Shown piece after piece: positions 1-13,030 of a stretch of 64,000 bases of DNA. The translations under genes and the position numbers were made by a program. Under the pieces are notes generated by a model. That model had not been told where the DNA came from. It searched no databases and saw only the letters and a list, made by a program, of their open reading frames with translations. The DNA comes from Negaprion brevirostris (taxonomy: Eukaryota). The number at the start of each line of letters is the position of its first letter. Position 1 is the first letter of the stretch. Location of the stretch: NCBI GenBank assembly GCA_030324005.1, contig JARDVH010000031.1:27117456-27181455 (forward strand), given 5' to 3'.

Positions 1-1500
1 GGCAAGGTTTTGCCTGTGCTACAGTGGAAGCTGAGACTGGGATCAGCAGATGCTTCACCTGGATCAATCTGGCGGTGCTACTTTAGAGCTGGCCACAACA
101 GTAGAAGGGATGGTCTTGAAGATCCAAGTGATGGCTGTTGCTGCGTTGATGCCAGATTCCTCAGTGCGTCTATAACCAGTGACTGCAGTCTGTCTGCTGG
201 GCTGGTCAATGCATCATACATCTCACCTGATTTTCAGCAATGTTTTGCCATCTACCCCAATCAGGTCATGCCTGAGCCCCCCTTGCAGTAGAACACGTCA
301 GCAACCCTAGGAGATTGCAAGAGGGTTCATACATCCTCTTGCCCTGGCTGCAGCTCACTCATGCCCAGTGACTCGCCACATGCTGACTCTAACCCGACAC
401 CAGCCTCTAATGCCAGTGCAGTGTTGACATCTGAGCTGGTGGCTAAAATGAGGTGAAGCAACAGTACTTTCTCATCCTGCCGCGGAGCTGCTCTTCCTCC
501 TCCTTGTGGCTCTTTGGAGGCCGAGAAGGCATCAGTTCTTGACTATTTGAAAGTATAAGAAGTGGGTGACGTCAGGGTGGGTGGAGAGGAAAGTGTTTGA
601 CTGTGAAAATCCCAATCTGCATTTCTCATTTCATGGCACCTTTTAGAACAGGGGTGGGGAGAATTGGAAAGGGTGCATCTTACCAGAATCCTGAATGGCA
701 TGGGTAGGTTTGGATGCCACTGACTCCATGATATCTCTTCCAATTACCTGTTGCACCATCCCCTCAAAGACAGTAAGGGCACACAGGCATACTGGTCCTC
801 CATTGGTCCTATGGCTTTCCCTTCCATTGTAGACCACCTTCTCCTGCAGAAAAGAGGGCACAATATCAGTGACCATGTGTTTGGGCCATGGCTGAATTGC
901 AGTAGGCTTGCAAAGGATTAAAGAGGCGTGTGTGTGGCTGATATGATTGGAAGATGTTTGTGGGCGAGATGCACTGTAGTGATGTTAAGGTTAAGTCTGA
1001 ATATCATGCTGTGCTGCTGACTGAGTGCTGGGGATGTATTCAGTGAGCAGAGACTGGTGGCTTGTCTTGCAGGTTTGAGTTTTTAATGTGTTGATGCCTA
1101 TTGTGACCACCCAATTATGGTTGTTGAACCTTTCTTTGTCTCCCAGTGAGAGTTTCTTCCAGCCTCCATCTGTGTTACCGCTTCTCCAGGTTGCCTTACA
1201 GAATTGGGGAGGCCTTTCCATGCAACATCGCCCTTTAGCCAGAGTATTCCATGATGATCAGCCAGCCACCTACACTCTAGAATACAACTTCTCCTTATAA
1301 AAGGGAAGGCTGCCTGGAGTACATGGTTTGCTTACAACGCTAGGGCAGGCTCCCTGCAGAGCCCAGAGGCCAAAGACAATTATGGCGGAGAATAGAGAAC
1401 AGGATCTGCTTGGGCTTTGCTACAGTCATAAAAATGAGGTATGTGCTCCCAACTTCCATCGGAATTGGGAGAACCTGCTGCAAATGACAGCCCATCCCAT
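1..1500. mobile_element. Decayed PIF/Harbinger transposon: transposase C-terminal remnant (+, about 20-130) convergent with Myb/SANT-like gene remnant (-, about 640-1260)
   Basis: agatgcttcacctggatcaatctggcggtgct resembles the RCLDxSGGAL motif. The minus ORF 643..876 has an acceptor ctgcag followed by EKVVYNGRESHRTNGGP..LTVFE, the KxAHNxRExxxTGGG motif of Harbinger DNA-binding proteins. Confidence 0.65.
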
Positions 1501-2879
1501 CTGAAAAGAGTAATGCTATTTCTAGCTCTAAGAAAAGCAGAGCTCTGTTTTATATTAGCTGCACATGGTAAGTCAATGATTTCAACACAAAGCTATTATC
1601 ATGTATGTTAGGGCATAGCTGACCTGGGGTGTGGGGTGAGCTGGTTCCACCCTGAGTGGGCAGTCAACGTTTGGACTGTGGAGTGAGTAGACTGAATGAA
1701 GACCTGTGTTCCCTGATGCCTGGCTGTGGAGTTGATCTTGAGGAGATAACTCAGTACTCAGAAATGTAACAGTCTGCATTTGAGATTAAAGGGGTCAGGT
1801 TTACATTTTGAGGTTCTAAAATTAAAAATATATTGTGAAGTTTAAAAAAATCCAGCCCTGTTAACCCAAGCCAAAGTATGCTATCTTCTCCAGGATCACA
1901 GACATATCCCCCTTCCCTTGGATAACCAGGAAGCATGGAAATATATGCTTTGTGATGACCATTTACACTCCCTGCAGACCTCAGTGTGTTGAGCTGTTTG
2001 GGCGATCCTTGTGCAAGGGGTTTAAATAGCTTTTTACTAAATGTGCGACATAACCTTCTATCCTTGGCAGGTTGGAGATTTATGTGAAATAATGAAACAA
2101 TACTCAAAGCTCAAATTAAACACTAGTAGCTTTGTTAGGTTTGGTAGGAATACTAGCTAATAATACAATACAGCCATTAGTCACAAATGCGTTACAAGAA
2201 ATTATTCATATAATTTCTCCCATTGATCAGACCAGACAGCAAAAGACCAAATTGTCTTTAAAATCAAGGAGATGATGGAATTTGCGAACATCATTCTTTC
2301 GGGACTTGATAGTCTGGGAGATGTTGGTCCGGTTACTCTGTTTACACTAATAAAGTAATTGGAAGCACTTAAGTTGGTCATATAATCATGGTAACAGAGT
2401 GATTAGGAAAGGTTGAGTGCAATTTGCTAGCTCCAGGTCTGATGGCCATTTTATTTGTTTTTGATGCACTGTGATTTCGTAGTAGATTAAGAATTAGTAA
2501 AAGAATTGTCAGTGAACCACTAGATGCTGTATTTATGTGGGGTTGTGCTGTGACTAAGCTCTTGTATTGAGTCGTGAGTTAAAGACAGATGTACATATTT
2601 TGGAATTGTGTTGTCTCGTTAAAGAACTGATTCTAAGAGTGTTACGACTGATCAAATGTATGCTTGTGCTTAAAGTGACAAAATGAATTACAATGAAAGG
2701 AGTCCCAAATGTTCCACATACCCTTCAGTGATTAGAAACATCATGCTTACTATCACATGGGATAAAGTAAACTGGCAGCTAGCAGTACTGTTTTAATTCA
2801 TCCCTATTTACACTTGTTTTAATGAAAACGGCTTGTTACAATAAATCATTTTCCTTGCCCTGCCCATTTACATTTTTTC

Positions 2880-3145
2880 TTTTGATTTTGATTTGATTCA
2901 TTATTGTCACTTGTATTATTATACAGAAAAAGTATCGTTTCTTGCACGCTACACAGACAACGCATAACATACATAGAGAAGGAAACGAGGGAGTGCAGAA
3001 TGTAGTGTTATGGTGATAGTTAGGGTGTAGACAAAGATCAATTTAATGTGAGGTAGGTCCATTCAAAAGTCTGATGGCAGCAGGGAAGAAGCTGTTCTTG
3101 AGTTAGTTCGTACGTGATCTCAGACTGTTGCATCTTTTTTTGTCA
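2880..3145 (-). mobile_element. Rex1/Babar-type LINE 3' end
   Basis: The reverse strand ends ...gtgacaataatgaatcaaatcaaaatcaaa and contains aagaacagcttcttccctgctgccatcagacttttgaatgg (NSFFPAAIRLLN), a typical Rex1 C-terminus. Confidence 0.7.
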
Positions 3146-3527
3146 ACGGAATTGGTATTTCATTTTGTTCTGTTATTTGCTTTTTCCCTCATTCATTTTC
3201 TTCTTCATTTTTGTTTCTGGGCCACATTTTTCATTTTTTGCATCATTGCTTTCCATTCCACCAATGTTTCTATGGTATTTGACCTTTCTTCTCTCTGTTT
3301 TACTCTTGCGATTTCATATTTACCTCCTTGCTCCCGTGTTTGATTTTCCAATGTTGTCCTTTATTGTGATTACTTATCACAAGTAATGACAACCCCAGTG
3401 TTAACCTGCCAGATTGACCTGTGCAAGATTCCTTTTTTTTAAAAAATGTGTTTTCCAGAATTGTGTTGTAAGTTCTATAATGTAACTGCTGTAAGAAATG
3501 TATTTGTCAGATGCAAGTGCCCTTTAT

Positions 3528-4655
3528 GGGTGGCACAGTGGTTANNNNNNNNNNNNNNNNNNNNNNNNNNNNNNNNNNNNNNNNNNNNNNNNNNNNNNNN
3601 NNNNNNNNNNNNNNNNNNNNNNNNNNNNNNNNNNNNNNNNNNNNNNNNNNNNNNNNNNNNNNNNNNNNNNNNNNNNNNNNNNNNNNNNNNNNNNNNNNNN
3701 NNNNNNNNNNNNNNNNNNNNNNNNNNNNNNNNNNNNNNNNNNNNNNNNNNNNNNNNNNNNNNNNNNNNNNNNNNNNNNNNNNNNNNNNNNNNNNNNNNNN
3801 NNNNNNNNNNNNNNNNNNNNNNNNNNNNNNNNNNNNNNNNNNNNNNNNNNNNNNNNNNNNNNNNNNNNNNNNNNNNNNNNNNNNNNNNNNNNNNNNNNNN
3901 NNNNNNNNNNNNNNNNNNNNNNNNNNNNNNNNNNNNNNNNNNNNNNNNNNNNNNNNNNNNNNNNNNNNNNNNNNNNNNNNNNNNNNNNNNNNNNNNNNNN
4001 NNNNNNNNNNNNNNNNNNNNNNNNNNNNNNNNNNNNNNNNNNNNNNNNNNNNNNNNNNNNNNNNNNNNNNNNNNNNNNNNNNNNNNNNNNNNNNNNNNNN
4101 NNNNNNNNNNNNNNNNNNNNNNNNNNNNNNNNNNNNNNNNNNNNNNNNNNNNNNNNNNNNNNNNNNNNNNNNNNNNNNNNNNNNNNNNNNNNNNNNNNNN
4201 NNNNNNNNNNNNNNNNNNNNNNNNNNNNNNNNNNNNNNNNNNNNNNNNNNNNNNNNNNNNNNNNNNNNNNNNNNNNNNNNNNNNNNNNNNNNNNNNNNNN
4301 NNNNNNNNNNNNNNNNNNNNNNNNNNNNNNNNNNNNNNNNNNNNNNNNNNNNNNNNNNNNNNNNNNNNNNNNNNNNNNNNNNNNNNNNNNNNNNNNNNNN
4401 NNNNNNNNNNNNNNNNNNNNNNNNNNNNNNNNNNNNNNNNNNATGTTCTCCCCGTGTTTGCGTGGGTTTCCTCCGGGTATTCCGGTTTCCTCCCACAGTC
4501 TGAATGATGTGCTGGTTAGGTGCATTGGCCATGCTAAATTCTCCCTCCGTGTACCCGAACAGGCGCCGGAGTGTGGCTAGTAGGGGATTTTCATACTAAC
4601 TTCATTGCAGGGTTAATGTAAGCCTACTTGTGGCATTAATAAATAAACTTAAACT
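3528..4655 (+). mobile_element. HE1-type tRNA-derived SINE, tail type B, split by an N gap
   Basis: Head gggtggcacagtggtta before the gap; body tgttctccccgtgtttgcgtgggtttcctccggg and tail gttaatgtaagcctacttgtggcattaataaataaactt after it. Confidence 0.8.
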
Positions 4656-5944
4656 TATGGACCAAAGTAAATGGAGCTCGAGAATAGACCATGTTTTGTT
4701 TTGGTCAACATTTTACAAATTGAAAAAAATATGGAGTAAGAAACGTGTTTGTCTGAAGTGGTGGTATGCAGGCTGCATAGGTTCCCCAAGGGCTGGCAGC
4801 ACAGTGGGCAGTCACCGACATGGTTCACATGATGTTCACCACTGATATCATTGAGGTTCTATTCCTTTGGGGCAATTCCCTTACTCGGGTATTTGCATGT
4901 TAATGCTTCTGATATGACCTCGCAAATGTGGAGCTGCACATATTGCCATTCCACACTGTTTTATGGACCAAGCTTTAATCTCCAACTCAGTCACAGATGA
5001 CTAAAAACAATTACAACAGAATCAAGATGGATTTTCTTTTAGTTGCACCGAGGTTCTTTTTTTTAAAAGAGAATTCTCTGTTCATTTACAAATTATTTGA
5101 AATAGTGTTCTGGGCAGAGACAAATCCTATGGTAGCAAATCCGTTTAGGTTTCCCTTTTAGAATGGAAACTGGGCTTAGATACATACTCTGTCACCAGAA
5201 TGTGATTCCATTAAGCTGTTATAGTGATTGGATTCTTGCCTTCCAGGACCATTAAACATGGAATTAGAAAAACTTGTACACCACAGGTGATATCTGATCA
5301 ACTGCTCTGGCTTTAATCTTGCAGCATCCAGTTAACGATTTATTGCTTTTAATCGTGCATTGCAAGAGAAGGAGAAAAATCTCTTTCCTTTTATTTTCCA
5401 CAGGTGATATGTAGTAAAACAATAGCACAAAATCAATAAATTAACAACATTTTAAATCTAGATACCATTTGATTATTTTCAAGCTGTTTGATCATGGAAG
5501 TGCTCCCTAGTTGCCAATTATTTTGTTGTTGTGAGATTAGTGTCTTTATTTTGGAACATGGCAATGCAAATTTGGATGCACACGTTCTTAATTAAACTCT
5601 GCTGAACTGCCAGTTAGTGTAAGAAATCAAAAAACTCAATCCTTGGGATCATTACTTCCGCGACATTGGTAGAAATGCTATAGCTGAGGGGAGCAGGGAA
5701 CCAAGGATTGGCTCCTGTTAATGTACCCTGACCTATTTTCCATTCCTGTTTACTTTTAGCTGAAGGAAAAAACAGACCGATGTCACGCTGGATTTAATTC
5801 CTGGAGCAGCTATCACCCATGGATTCAGAAGCGGGTGTTGTTGCTGAATGTAACAGCCAGTCAGTTAGCATCGCGGAGGTGCAGAGCTTGTCCGATGCTA
5901 TAATTGGGATGGGCAATGCCAATCCCACCATCATCTGAAACGCA

Positions 5945-7655
5945 GAAAGGAACATAGAAAATAGGAGGAGGCCATTTGGCTCTTCAAGCCTGCCCCACCA
6001 TTCATTACGATCCTGCTTTCTCCCCATAACCTTTGATCCCATTCACACCAACTACTATATCCAGCCACCTCTCGAATACATTCAAGGTTTTGGCATCAAC
6101 TACTTCCTGTGATAATGAATTTCACAGGCTCACCACTCTTTGGGTGAAGAAATGTCTCCTCATCTCCATCCTAAATGGTCTACCCTGAATCTTCAGACTG
6201 CGACCCCTGGTTCTGGACTCCCCCACCTTCGGAAATATCCTTCCTGCATCTATCCTGTCCAGTCCTGTTAGAATTTTACGGTCTCTTATAAATGAGATTT
6301 TCCCCTCATTGGTCTGAACTCCAGCGAAAACAATCCTAACTTAGTCAATCTCTCCTCACACATCAGTTCCGCCATTCCCAGAATCAGCCTGGTAAATTTC
6401 ACTGACTCCCTTGAGAACAAGAACATTCTTCCTCAGAAAAGGAGACCGTAACTGCTCACAATATTCTAGGTGTGGCCTCACCAAGGCCCTGTATAATTGC
6501 AACAACACATTGCTGCTCCTGTATTTGAAACCTCATGCAATGAAGGCCAACATGCCACTTGCTGCCTTTACCACCTGCTGCACCTGCAGGCTTATCTTCA
6601 GCGATTGGTGCATAAGGACACCCAGATCCCGCTGCACACTCTCCCAATTTACAGCCACTTAGGTAGGAATCTGCCTTCTTGTTTTTGCTTCCACATTGAA
6701 TAACCTCACATTTATCCAAATTATACTGCATCTGCCATTACTTTGCCCACTCACCCAACCTGTCCAGATCATATTGAAGGATCTCTGCATCCTTATCACA
6801 GTTCACACTCCCACCCAACTTGGTATCGTCTGCAAACTTTGAGATGTTACATTTCGTTCCCTCATCCAAATCATTAATACATATTGTAATAGCTGGGGTC
6901 CCAGCACTGATCCCTGTGGCACCCTGCCAGTTACTGCCTGCCAATTTGAAAAGGACCCATTTGTTTCCTCTCTGCCAGCCAGTTTTCTATCCATCTCAAT
7001 GCACTTTAATCTTGCACAATAATCTCTTATGTGGGACTTCGTCAAACATTTTCTGAAAGTCCAAATATACCACATTGACTGGCTCCCCCTTGTCAATTCC
7101 ACTNNNNNNNNNNNNNNNNNNNNNNNNNNNNNNNNNNNNNNNNNNNNNNNNNNNNNNNNNNNNNNNNNNNNNNNNNNNNNNNNNNNNNNNNNNNNNNNNN
7201 NNNNNNNNNNNNNNNNNNNNNNNNNNNNNNNNNNNNNNNNNNNNNNNNNNNNNNNNNNNNNNNNNNNNNNNNNNNNNNNNNNNNNNNNNNNNNNNNNNNN
7301 NNNNNNNNNNNNNNNNNNNNNNNNNNNNNNNNNNNNNNNNNNNNNNNNNNNNNNNNNNNNNNNNNNNNNNNCACAGACAGTGACCCGAGCCGGGAATCGA
7401 ACCCAGGTTCCTGGAGCTGTGAAGCAGCAGTGCTAACCACTGTGCTACTGTGCCACCCAAAGAGCTCCAACAGGTTTGTTAAGCATGATTTCCCCTTCAC
7501 AAATCTATGCAGACTCTGTCTGATCCTGCCATTGCTTTCTAAATGCTCAGCTATAGATCCTTGACAATCGATTCGAGAATTTTCCCCACTACTGCTGTTA
7601 AGTTTACTGGTCTATAATCCCCTGTTTTCTCTCTACTCCCTTTTTGAATATTGAT
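5945..7655 (-). mobile_element. CR1-clade LINE (HER1-like), 3' part, decayed reverse transcriptase
   Basis: Minus-strand fragments KGKSCLTNLLE, VYLDFQKMFDEVPHKRLL, VPQGSVLGPQL and SKFADDTKLGG; 3' tail aatggcctcctcctattttctatgtt. Confidence 0.9.
7372..7458 (-). mobile_element. HE1-type SINE head nested in the CR1 LINE
   Basis: Reverse complement gggtggcacagtagcacagtggttagcactgctgcttcacagctccaggaacctgggttcgattcccggc carries Pol III A/B boxes. Confidence 0.85.
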
Positions 7656-7740
7656 GCTGGTGCCATATTTAAAGGGTTTTGAAAACCAGCTCCCTTGACC
7701 TGTCTGATCACTTCAGTAACAGTGATGAAATTCCCGCCGG

Positions 7741-7855
7741 AAACCCCTAAATTCCTCAGTCTGTACTGGAAAAGCTGAACCTCTCTGGCTACATTAGAAA
7801 ACCCCTGAACTCCTCTGGCTACATTGGAAAATCCCTGAACCACCCTGGCTGCAAT
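7741..7855. repeat. 30-bp minisatellite, about 3.5 units
   Basis: Unit about acccctgaactcctctggctacattggaaa; appears as repeated VQGFSNVAR in the minus ORF. Confidence 0.8.
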
Positions 7856-7859
7856 GGGC

Positions 7860-8600
7860 ACCCAAGGATCAGACGGGGAGATAACAGCCAACACGCTGAA
7901 GGGAAGTCAACGGGTGGCCTCATAGTTTTCTGATGCCTTTTGAGTTGCAAGGGGCAGCAAAAGGAAATCTTCCCATCTGACTGACTGGGTGTAGAAAACA
8001 GCAGGGGTCAGCAGTAGTAGATTTCACCCTCAATTCTGGGTGCAGGATATCAATGTCCTCCTCTGAGTGAGACTTATTTATTGCACAGTTCCTTGCGGCT
8101 CAAAATTGGCAATGTAGGATGGAGTGCACGTGGGGAGGGAGTGCCCAACTGGCATTGGCGATGGGCAGTACCACAATAGCCGCCTGATGATGCATGGCCA
8201 CATCTGGACAACTGACATCCATCTATCTTTACCAACTCCCTCCAGATCCCTGGAGAGTTGAGATGTGGAGAATGTGTTACGCTTCTATAGACTGGGGGCT
8301 TATAGCAGGCATGGTGGGGGGGAGGAATAGTGAAGCCCTAACCCATAATTGTTTACGTTTTTTTTTCCTGCAGGTTTCAGCATCCCAAGAGGACAAGTAG
8401 CTGCTTAGACCAGAAATCTTTGGGGAGGAAGAGGACAAGGAGTGTAACGTCACACCATTCCCCGGCTCCCTCCAGCAGGGCAAGACTTTCACGTTGGTGG
8501 ATATGCACCAGCTTACTGAATGTCGGAACCCAAGTGCCTCCTGTCATTCTCCATCACACTCCTGGGCAAATAGAGGTTTGCCATGTTTCCCAAGCTTATT
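7860..8600 (+). mobile_element. Harbinger Myb/SANT-like gene relic
   Basis: Degenerate APxFSDA-like segment, AxNxxxxxxTxGG-like segment and tttcctgcag acceptor, similar to other relics in this window. Confidence 0.4.
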
Positions 8601-8604
8601 TTGT

Positions 8605-8827
8605 TTATTCAAGTAAGGCTTACATTGACACTGCAATGAAGTTACTGTGAAATCCCCCGAGTCGCTACACTTTGACGCCTGTTTGGGTCAATGCACCTAA
8701 CCTGTACACCTTTGGACTGTGGGAGGAAACTGGAGGACCCGGAGGGCATCCGGACAGACACAGGGAGAACATGCAAACTCCACACAGACAGTGATCCAAG
8801 TCAGGAATCGAACTTGGGTCTCTGGTG
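8605..8827 (-). mobile_element. HE1-type SINE, tail type B
   Basis: aagtaaggcttacattgacactgcaatgaagttactgtgaaatcccc...ggactgtgggaggaaactggag is the reverse of the tail and body. Confidence 0.85.
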
Positions 8828-8927
8828 NNNNNNNNNNNNNNNNNNNNNNNNNNNNNNNNNNNNNNNNNNNNNNNNNNNNNNNNNNNNNNNNNNNNNNNNN
8901 NNNNNNNNNNNNNNNNNNNNNNNNNNN

Positions 8928-9075
8928 TAATCTCTAAACTGCCTGTGCTGTATATGCTCTGTCCGAGGCCAGAACTCTCCATTCACCTGACGAAGAGGGT
9001 GTCCTCTCGAAAGCTTGTGAGTTTACTATCAAATAAATCGGTTGGACTAAAACCTGGTGTTGTCAGACTTTTTCC
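8928..9075 (+). mobile_element. Penelope-like element terminal (pLTR) fragment, family 1
   Basis: aataaatcggttggactaaaacctggtgttgtcagactt, shared with copies at about 13956, 16000, 25085 and 37470; includes a hammerhead motif. Confidence 0.75.
8981..9022 (+). ncRNA. Minimal type I hammerhead ribozyme motif (PLE-borne)
   Basis: attcac-CTGACGA-a-gaggg/tgtc/ctctc-GAAA-gct-t-gtgagt: stem I attcac/gtgagt, intact core, palindromic AGCT stem III. Confidence 0.7.
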
Positions 9076-11009
9076 AATGGGGGTACCATACGCATACACA
9101 CGGGTCTAGGTACGTGTAGGAAAATGCTTTGTTAAGATGGCAGTGCAGGCTCGTTGGGCTGAAGGGCCTGTTTCCCGTGCTGGGTTGTTCTTTGTTCTTT
9201 GTTTTATAATGTTTCCTGGTTACTTTGAGAGGTTATCAGTCTGAAATATGGACTCCTCATTTCTTACTCTGTAGATGCCCATCTGGCGTGAGGGTATCCA
9301 GGAATTTTCTGTTTATGTTTAAGTTTTGGATGCCAACTGTATAATGACAATGGTATTTTATAAATGTGCAGAGACTATCTATACCTAATGTACATGCAAC
9401 AAATTCAACAGACAAGGCTGCAAATATAAGTAGGTAGCTTTGTAATACAGGTAGAAATAAGCAGGTAGCTTTATAAGTAGGTAGATTAACCATAGATTTT
9501 AGGATACAAATCTCTTAGTTCAATATAATCAGCCATGGATTCGGTGAATTGGATGACCTATCATTTATGATACACCAGCTCTCTTTCATTCTATGTCAGC
9601 CTTTTAGTGTTAGGGATGGTTTGGGAGAATGAATTCAGGTTCACTGCGCTCAATACCTCAAATGACTGGAATTCCACATAAAACTCTTTGAAAAATCCAG
9701 CCAGCTGATTAAAGTTCTGGCAATTTCCTGTGAAAGTCAGTCAAAAGGAAGGCATGGCCATATGTGAAGATCTTCACTGGGTGAAAAAAAGAGGAGAGAC
9801 AATGCTTCTTTTCAAATCTTATACTTAGGAGTCATGAGCTGTCTGACAAATGATCCTGTCCCAATCTGAGGAGAATTACATCATTGTACATCAATAGATT
9901 AAAAAAAAATACTGAAAGCCCAACAGAATTCAAATAAATAAAAAATCCAGCTGTGAACTGGACACTTCAAAAGCCTGTAACGCAAGATAAAAATCATTAA
10001 CCTAACCAGGGGTGCGGTATTTCTCCAACATCTGATCAACGCAGATTATTTTGGAGCTCACTCTCCCAGAGATCATATCCACTTCAGGGAAAGGCTCTCC
10101 TCCAGTGGGCTTTATAATCTCTAGCCAAAGCAATTATTCCACTTTCGACCCCCAAGACAATCCAAACTTATACACCTCTCGTCCAGCTAGCATCCAAAGT
10201 CAATATGCTGTATATTTTTCTTCAAAGTTCACTGCAGTTAGGGCAAGCTAAGAAAGGGATGGATGATCTCGGTGGTTGGTCAATTTCTTAGCACCTCCTG
10301 ATCAATGTAACTACAATTTGTCAAACGCCTGCCTTCTTTTTGTTTCTATTTTCCCTAAGGTCTGAGAAAATCCCTGTGTCATGTCACTTTAAAATTTCAC
10401 CAGCACCTCAGGTTTGCATGTTGTTACGATGATCAGTACTGCAGAATTTCCACTCCATTACCAAGCTTTATATTCCCTTCCTTCCCCGATATAAAGATGT
10501 CACCAACATGTGCTTGTGGGAATTGGACTGAAGATATTTTAATATTAGCGGAGAAAGCTTTGTGTCAGGCAAGCAAAATCATTTTCTGTTTATCAAACTC
10601 GACATAAAAAGAATTGCTTTCAGCTCATTCTGAGCGCTGACAGCACAATTCCATTCTGAGTGGGAGAAGACAAAACATAAAAAAGGAGAAAATTAATGAG
10701 ACTGAATGAATCTCAAAGACTGTCAGATGACAATGGAGCAGAAAAGACCTGCAATGAATTTGGCAGCTCTCTAGCATCAGCGCTTGAGGAGAATTGGTTC
10801 ATACCTCACGTTAGGGTTTCAATATATATTCTAGTTTTAACTATATGCTTGGAGATGCTGTTTCTTTATCTGAAAGGATGATTAAACCAAGGCACCATCT
10901 GCCTTTTCCAATTGGTGTGACAGGTACTATTGTACAAGTTGAAGAGCAGGGTTAAAAAGAGAAATAGCTGGTTAAACTCAGCAGGTATGGTAGTTTCCAT
11001 GGAGAGAGA

Positions 11010-11893
11010 CTGGCAGAATCTTGCCCTATTTGTTCAGTGTCAGGTTCAGACTGAAAACTGGCCTGTAGCCTCCAACCACGTAGACAAGTTTTCTTACAGA
11101 TCTTACAAGTAAGNNNNNNNNNNNNNNNNNNNNNNNNNNNNNNNNNNNNNNNNNNNNNNNNNGCAAGGCCTGATTGAGATTGGGGTGCCATCTTTAAATG
11201 GTGCCCTGATCAGAACGGAAGTAGAACTGCAAACCCTCTGTCCAGTCCCTACTCCAACACAGAGGTATCAGTGGCTCCACCACCCACCACACACAATCAT
11301 CAGGACTCCTCCCTCAACCCCCTGGCACAATCACCCCTCCCACCACTAACAATTATCAGGGGTTTCCCTCCCACCGCCGTGTAAGTATTGTTGGTGTCCA
11401 CCCCCACTCTCCCACTCCTTACTGTCTACTCGCCCCAGTGCCTGAAACTTCCCCCTGACTGCCCGCTCTCCCTTCTCCCCACCATACATAAATGCCCACC
11501 AAGGGCCTGCTATGGGGGCCCACCCTGGCACTGCCTTTGGTACAAGTTGGCACTGCCAGGTCAGGGTTTGCCCTCCTGGAGGGACCCCATCTACTCATTC
11601 TTGTTTTTATTGAGCTGTTGTAAAGCTTACTTGCCCATGTTGGCAAGGTTTGAATATTGAGTGAGGGGGGGGAACATGTGGTGGGGGGGTCCTGAATGCA
11701 CATATTAAAGTGTATTTGAGTCCATTAAAAAGAAGTCTGCATCCTCTTTGGGCAAGAATCTCATGACATCATGGGAGAAGTGTGGGAAAAATCAGGAACT
11801 GTGATCTTTCTGGAGTGAATTGCATTTCCCAACTCTCTCTGGATTTTCTCTGCCATTCCCTCTGACGGTGAATATGGGCTGAAAATCACCGCA
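11010..11893. mobile_element. Non-autonomous DNA transposon (Harbinger-like) inserted in a PLE tail
   Basis: Ends ggcagaatcttgccc ... gggctgaaaatcaccgc. The flanks ctcagcaggtatgg...ggagagaga and tttcaaatccatatgactcctcttcagag are the two halves of a PLE family-2 tail. Confidence 0.45.
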
Positions 11894-11934
11894 ATGGTTT
11901 CAAATCCATATGACTCCTCTTCAGAGCGGAACAA

Positions 11935-12140
11935 TTGAGTTCCCCCAGGGTCCAGGACAACATTCTTCCCTTTGCCAAAAGCACTGAAACAAAATTCAAC
12001 TGGTTAATCACTCAGTTATAGCCTGTGGGATGGAAAAATTGGCTGCACTTGCAGACACAGAATAATTCATTAGCTATGGGGCACTTCAGGATGTGCTGAG
12101 GTTGTTGAAGATGCTATATCGATGCAAATCTTCTTTATTT
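11935..12140 (+). mobile_element. Old Deu-domain SINE 3' portion with L2-type tail (SacSINE1/AmnSINE1-like)
   Basis: aaattggctgc...ttcattagctatggggcacttcaggatgtgctgaggttgttgaagatgctatatcgatgcaaatcttcttt resembles the recalled DeuSINE/L2 tail. Confidence 0.55.
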
Positions 12141-12769
12141 GATCTTGTAAATAAATGTAAAAGTAAGCATATTGAAAAACAATGTCAGCACATTTCTATG
12201 GAATTTTCCTGCAACTTACAAGAAGAAACAAAACTATGAAGTTTCATTCTGGAATATAAATGTAGTGCTATTTATAAACCATATAAGCCTATTTAACATG
12301 CAACACTTGCTTATCATAATGTGTCAATTTAAGAAGGAAAGAATGTGTGCTGGTTTCATTAAGGAAGGAATGTAAACAGAGCAGCTTTTAGCAAGTGGCC
12401 AGATTAGAAATTGACCCGTACATTAATAGGTTATCCTTCAAAACTTTTTGAGCGGGTCTAATTTAGTGAGATATAATTACTCTCACTTATGCATCAAAAA
12501 CAATCATCTCACCAAACTCTGCCTGTTGACAGGAGATTAGTAAGGGAGCTATATCAATTTGGAACATTATGTTGCACTCTGTAAAATAAATTATGCAAGC
12601 AATAAAATATAAGAGGTTTCACACAATTCCTGAGGTCACTGTTGCATTTAAGGGGAAACTAGATAAGTTCATGAAGGAGAATGAAAAATGCAAAACGCGT
12701 TGATGACAGCAAGTGCAAATGTATTGTGAACTGTGCGCAGACTAGTGATAAACGCCAAGAAGGCATAGC

Positions 12770-13030
12770 TGGTGAAATGAGCAAACACATGGCAGAAGAA
12801 ATTTAAAGCCACAAATGGCAAGCGATTCATGATGAATGGAGGAGATGCAACATTAGCAAAAGGGAACAACTCTAAAGGAGATGTGGGAAGAGGACAATCT
12901 GGGCGAATGTGGGCCCAAATCTTTGAGAAAGTGGTTAAAATGGCAGTAGGAATCCTGAGATTTATGAATCGAGGTGTGGAGTACAAAAGCAAGGAAGCTG
13001 TGGTGAATCTCTGTAAAACATGAGTTTGAC
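12770..13030 (+). mobile_element. Decayed CR1 LINE fragment
   Basis: WQxxFN..K and QIFEKVVKMAVGILRFMNRGVEYKSKEAVVNLCKT, typical of CR1 ORF2 C-terminal region. Confidence 0.65.

Noticed and set aside
3446-4580. Long ORFs of 300+ aa here and at 26335-27087, 31295-31964 and 60370-61413
   Set aside because: Open only because they cross N gaps.
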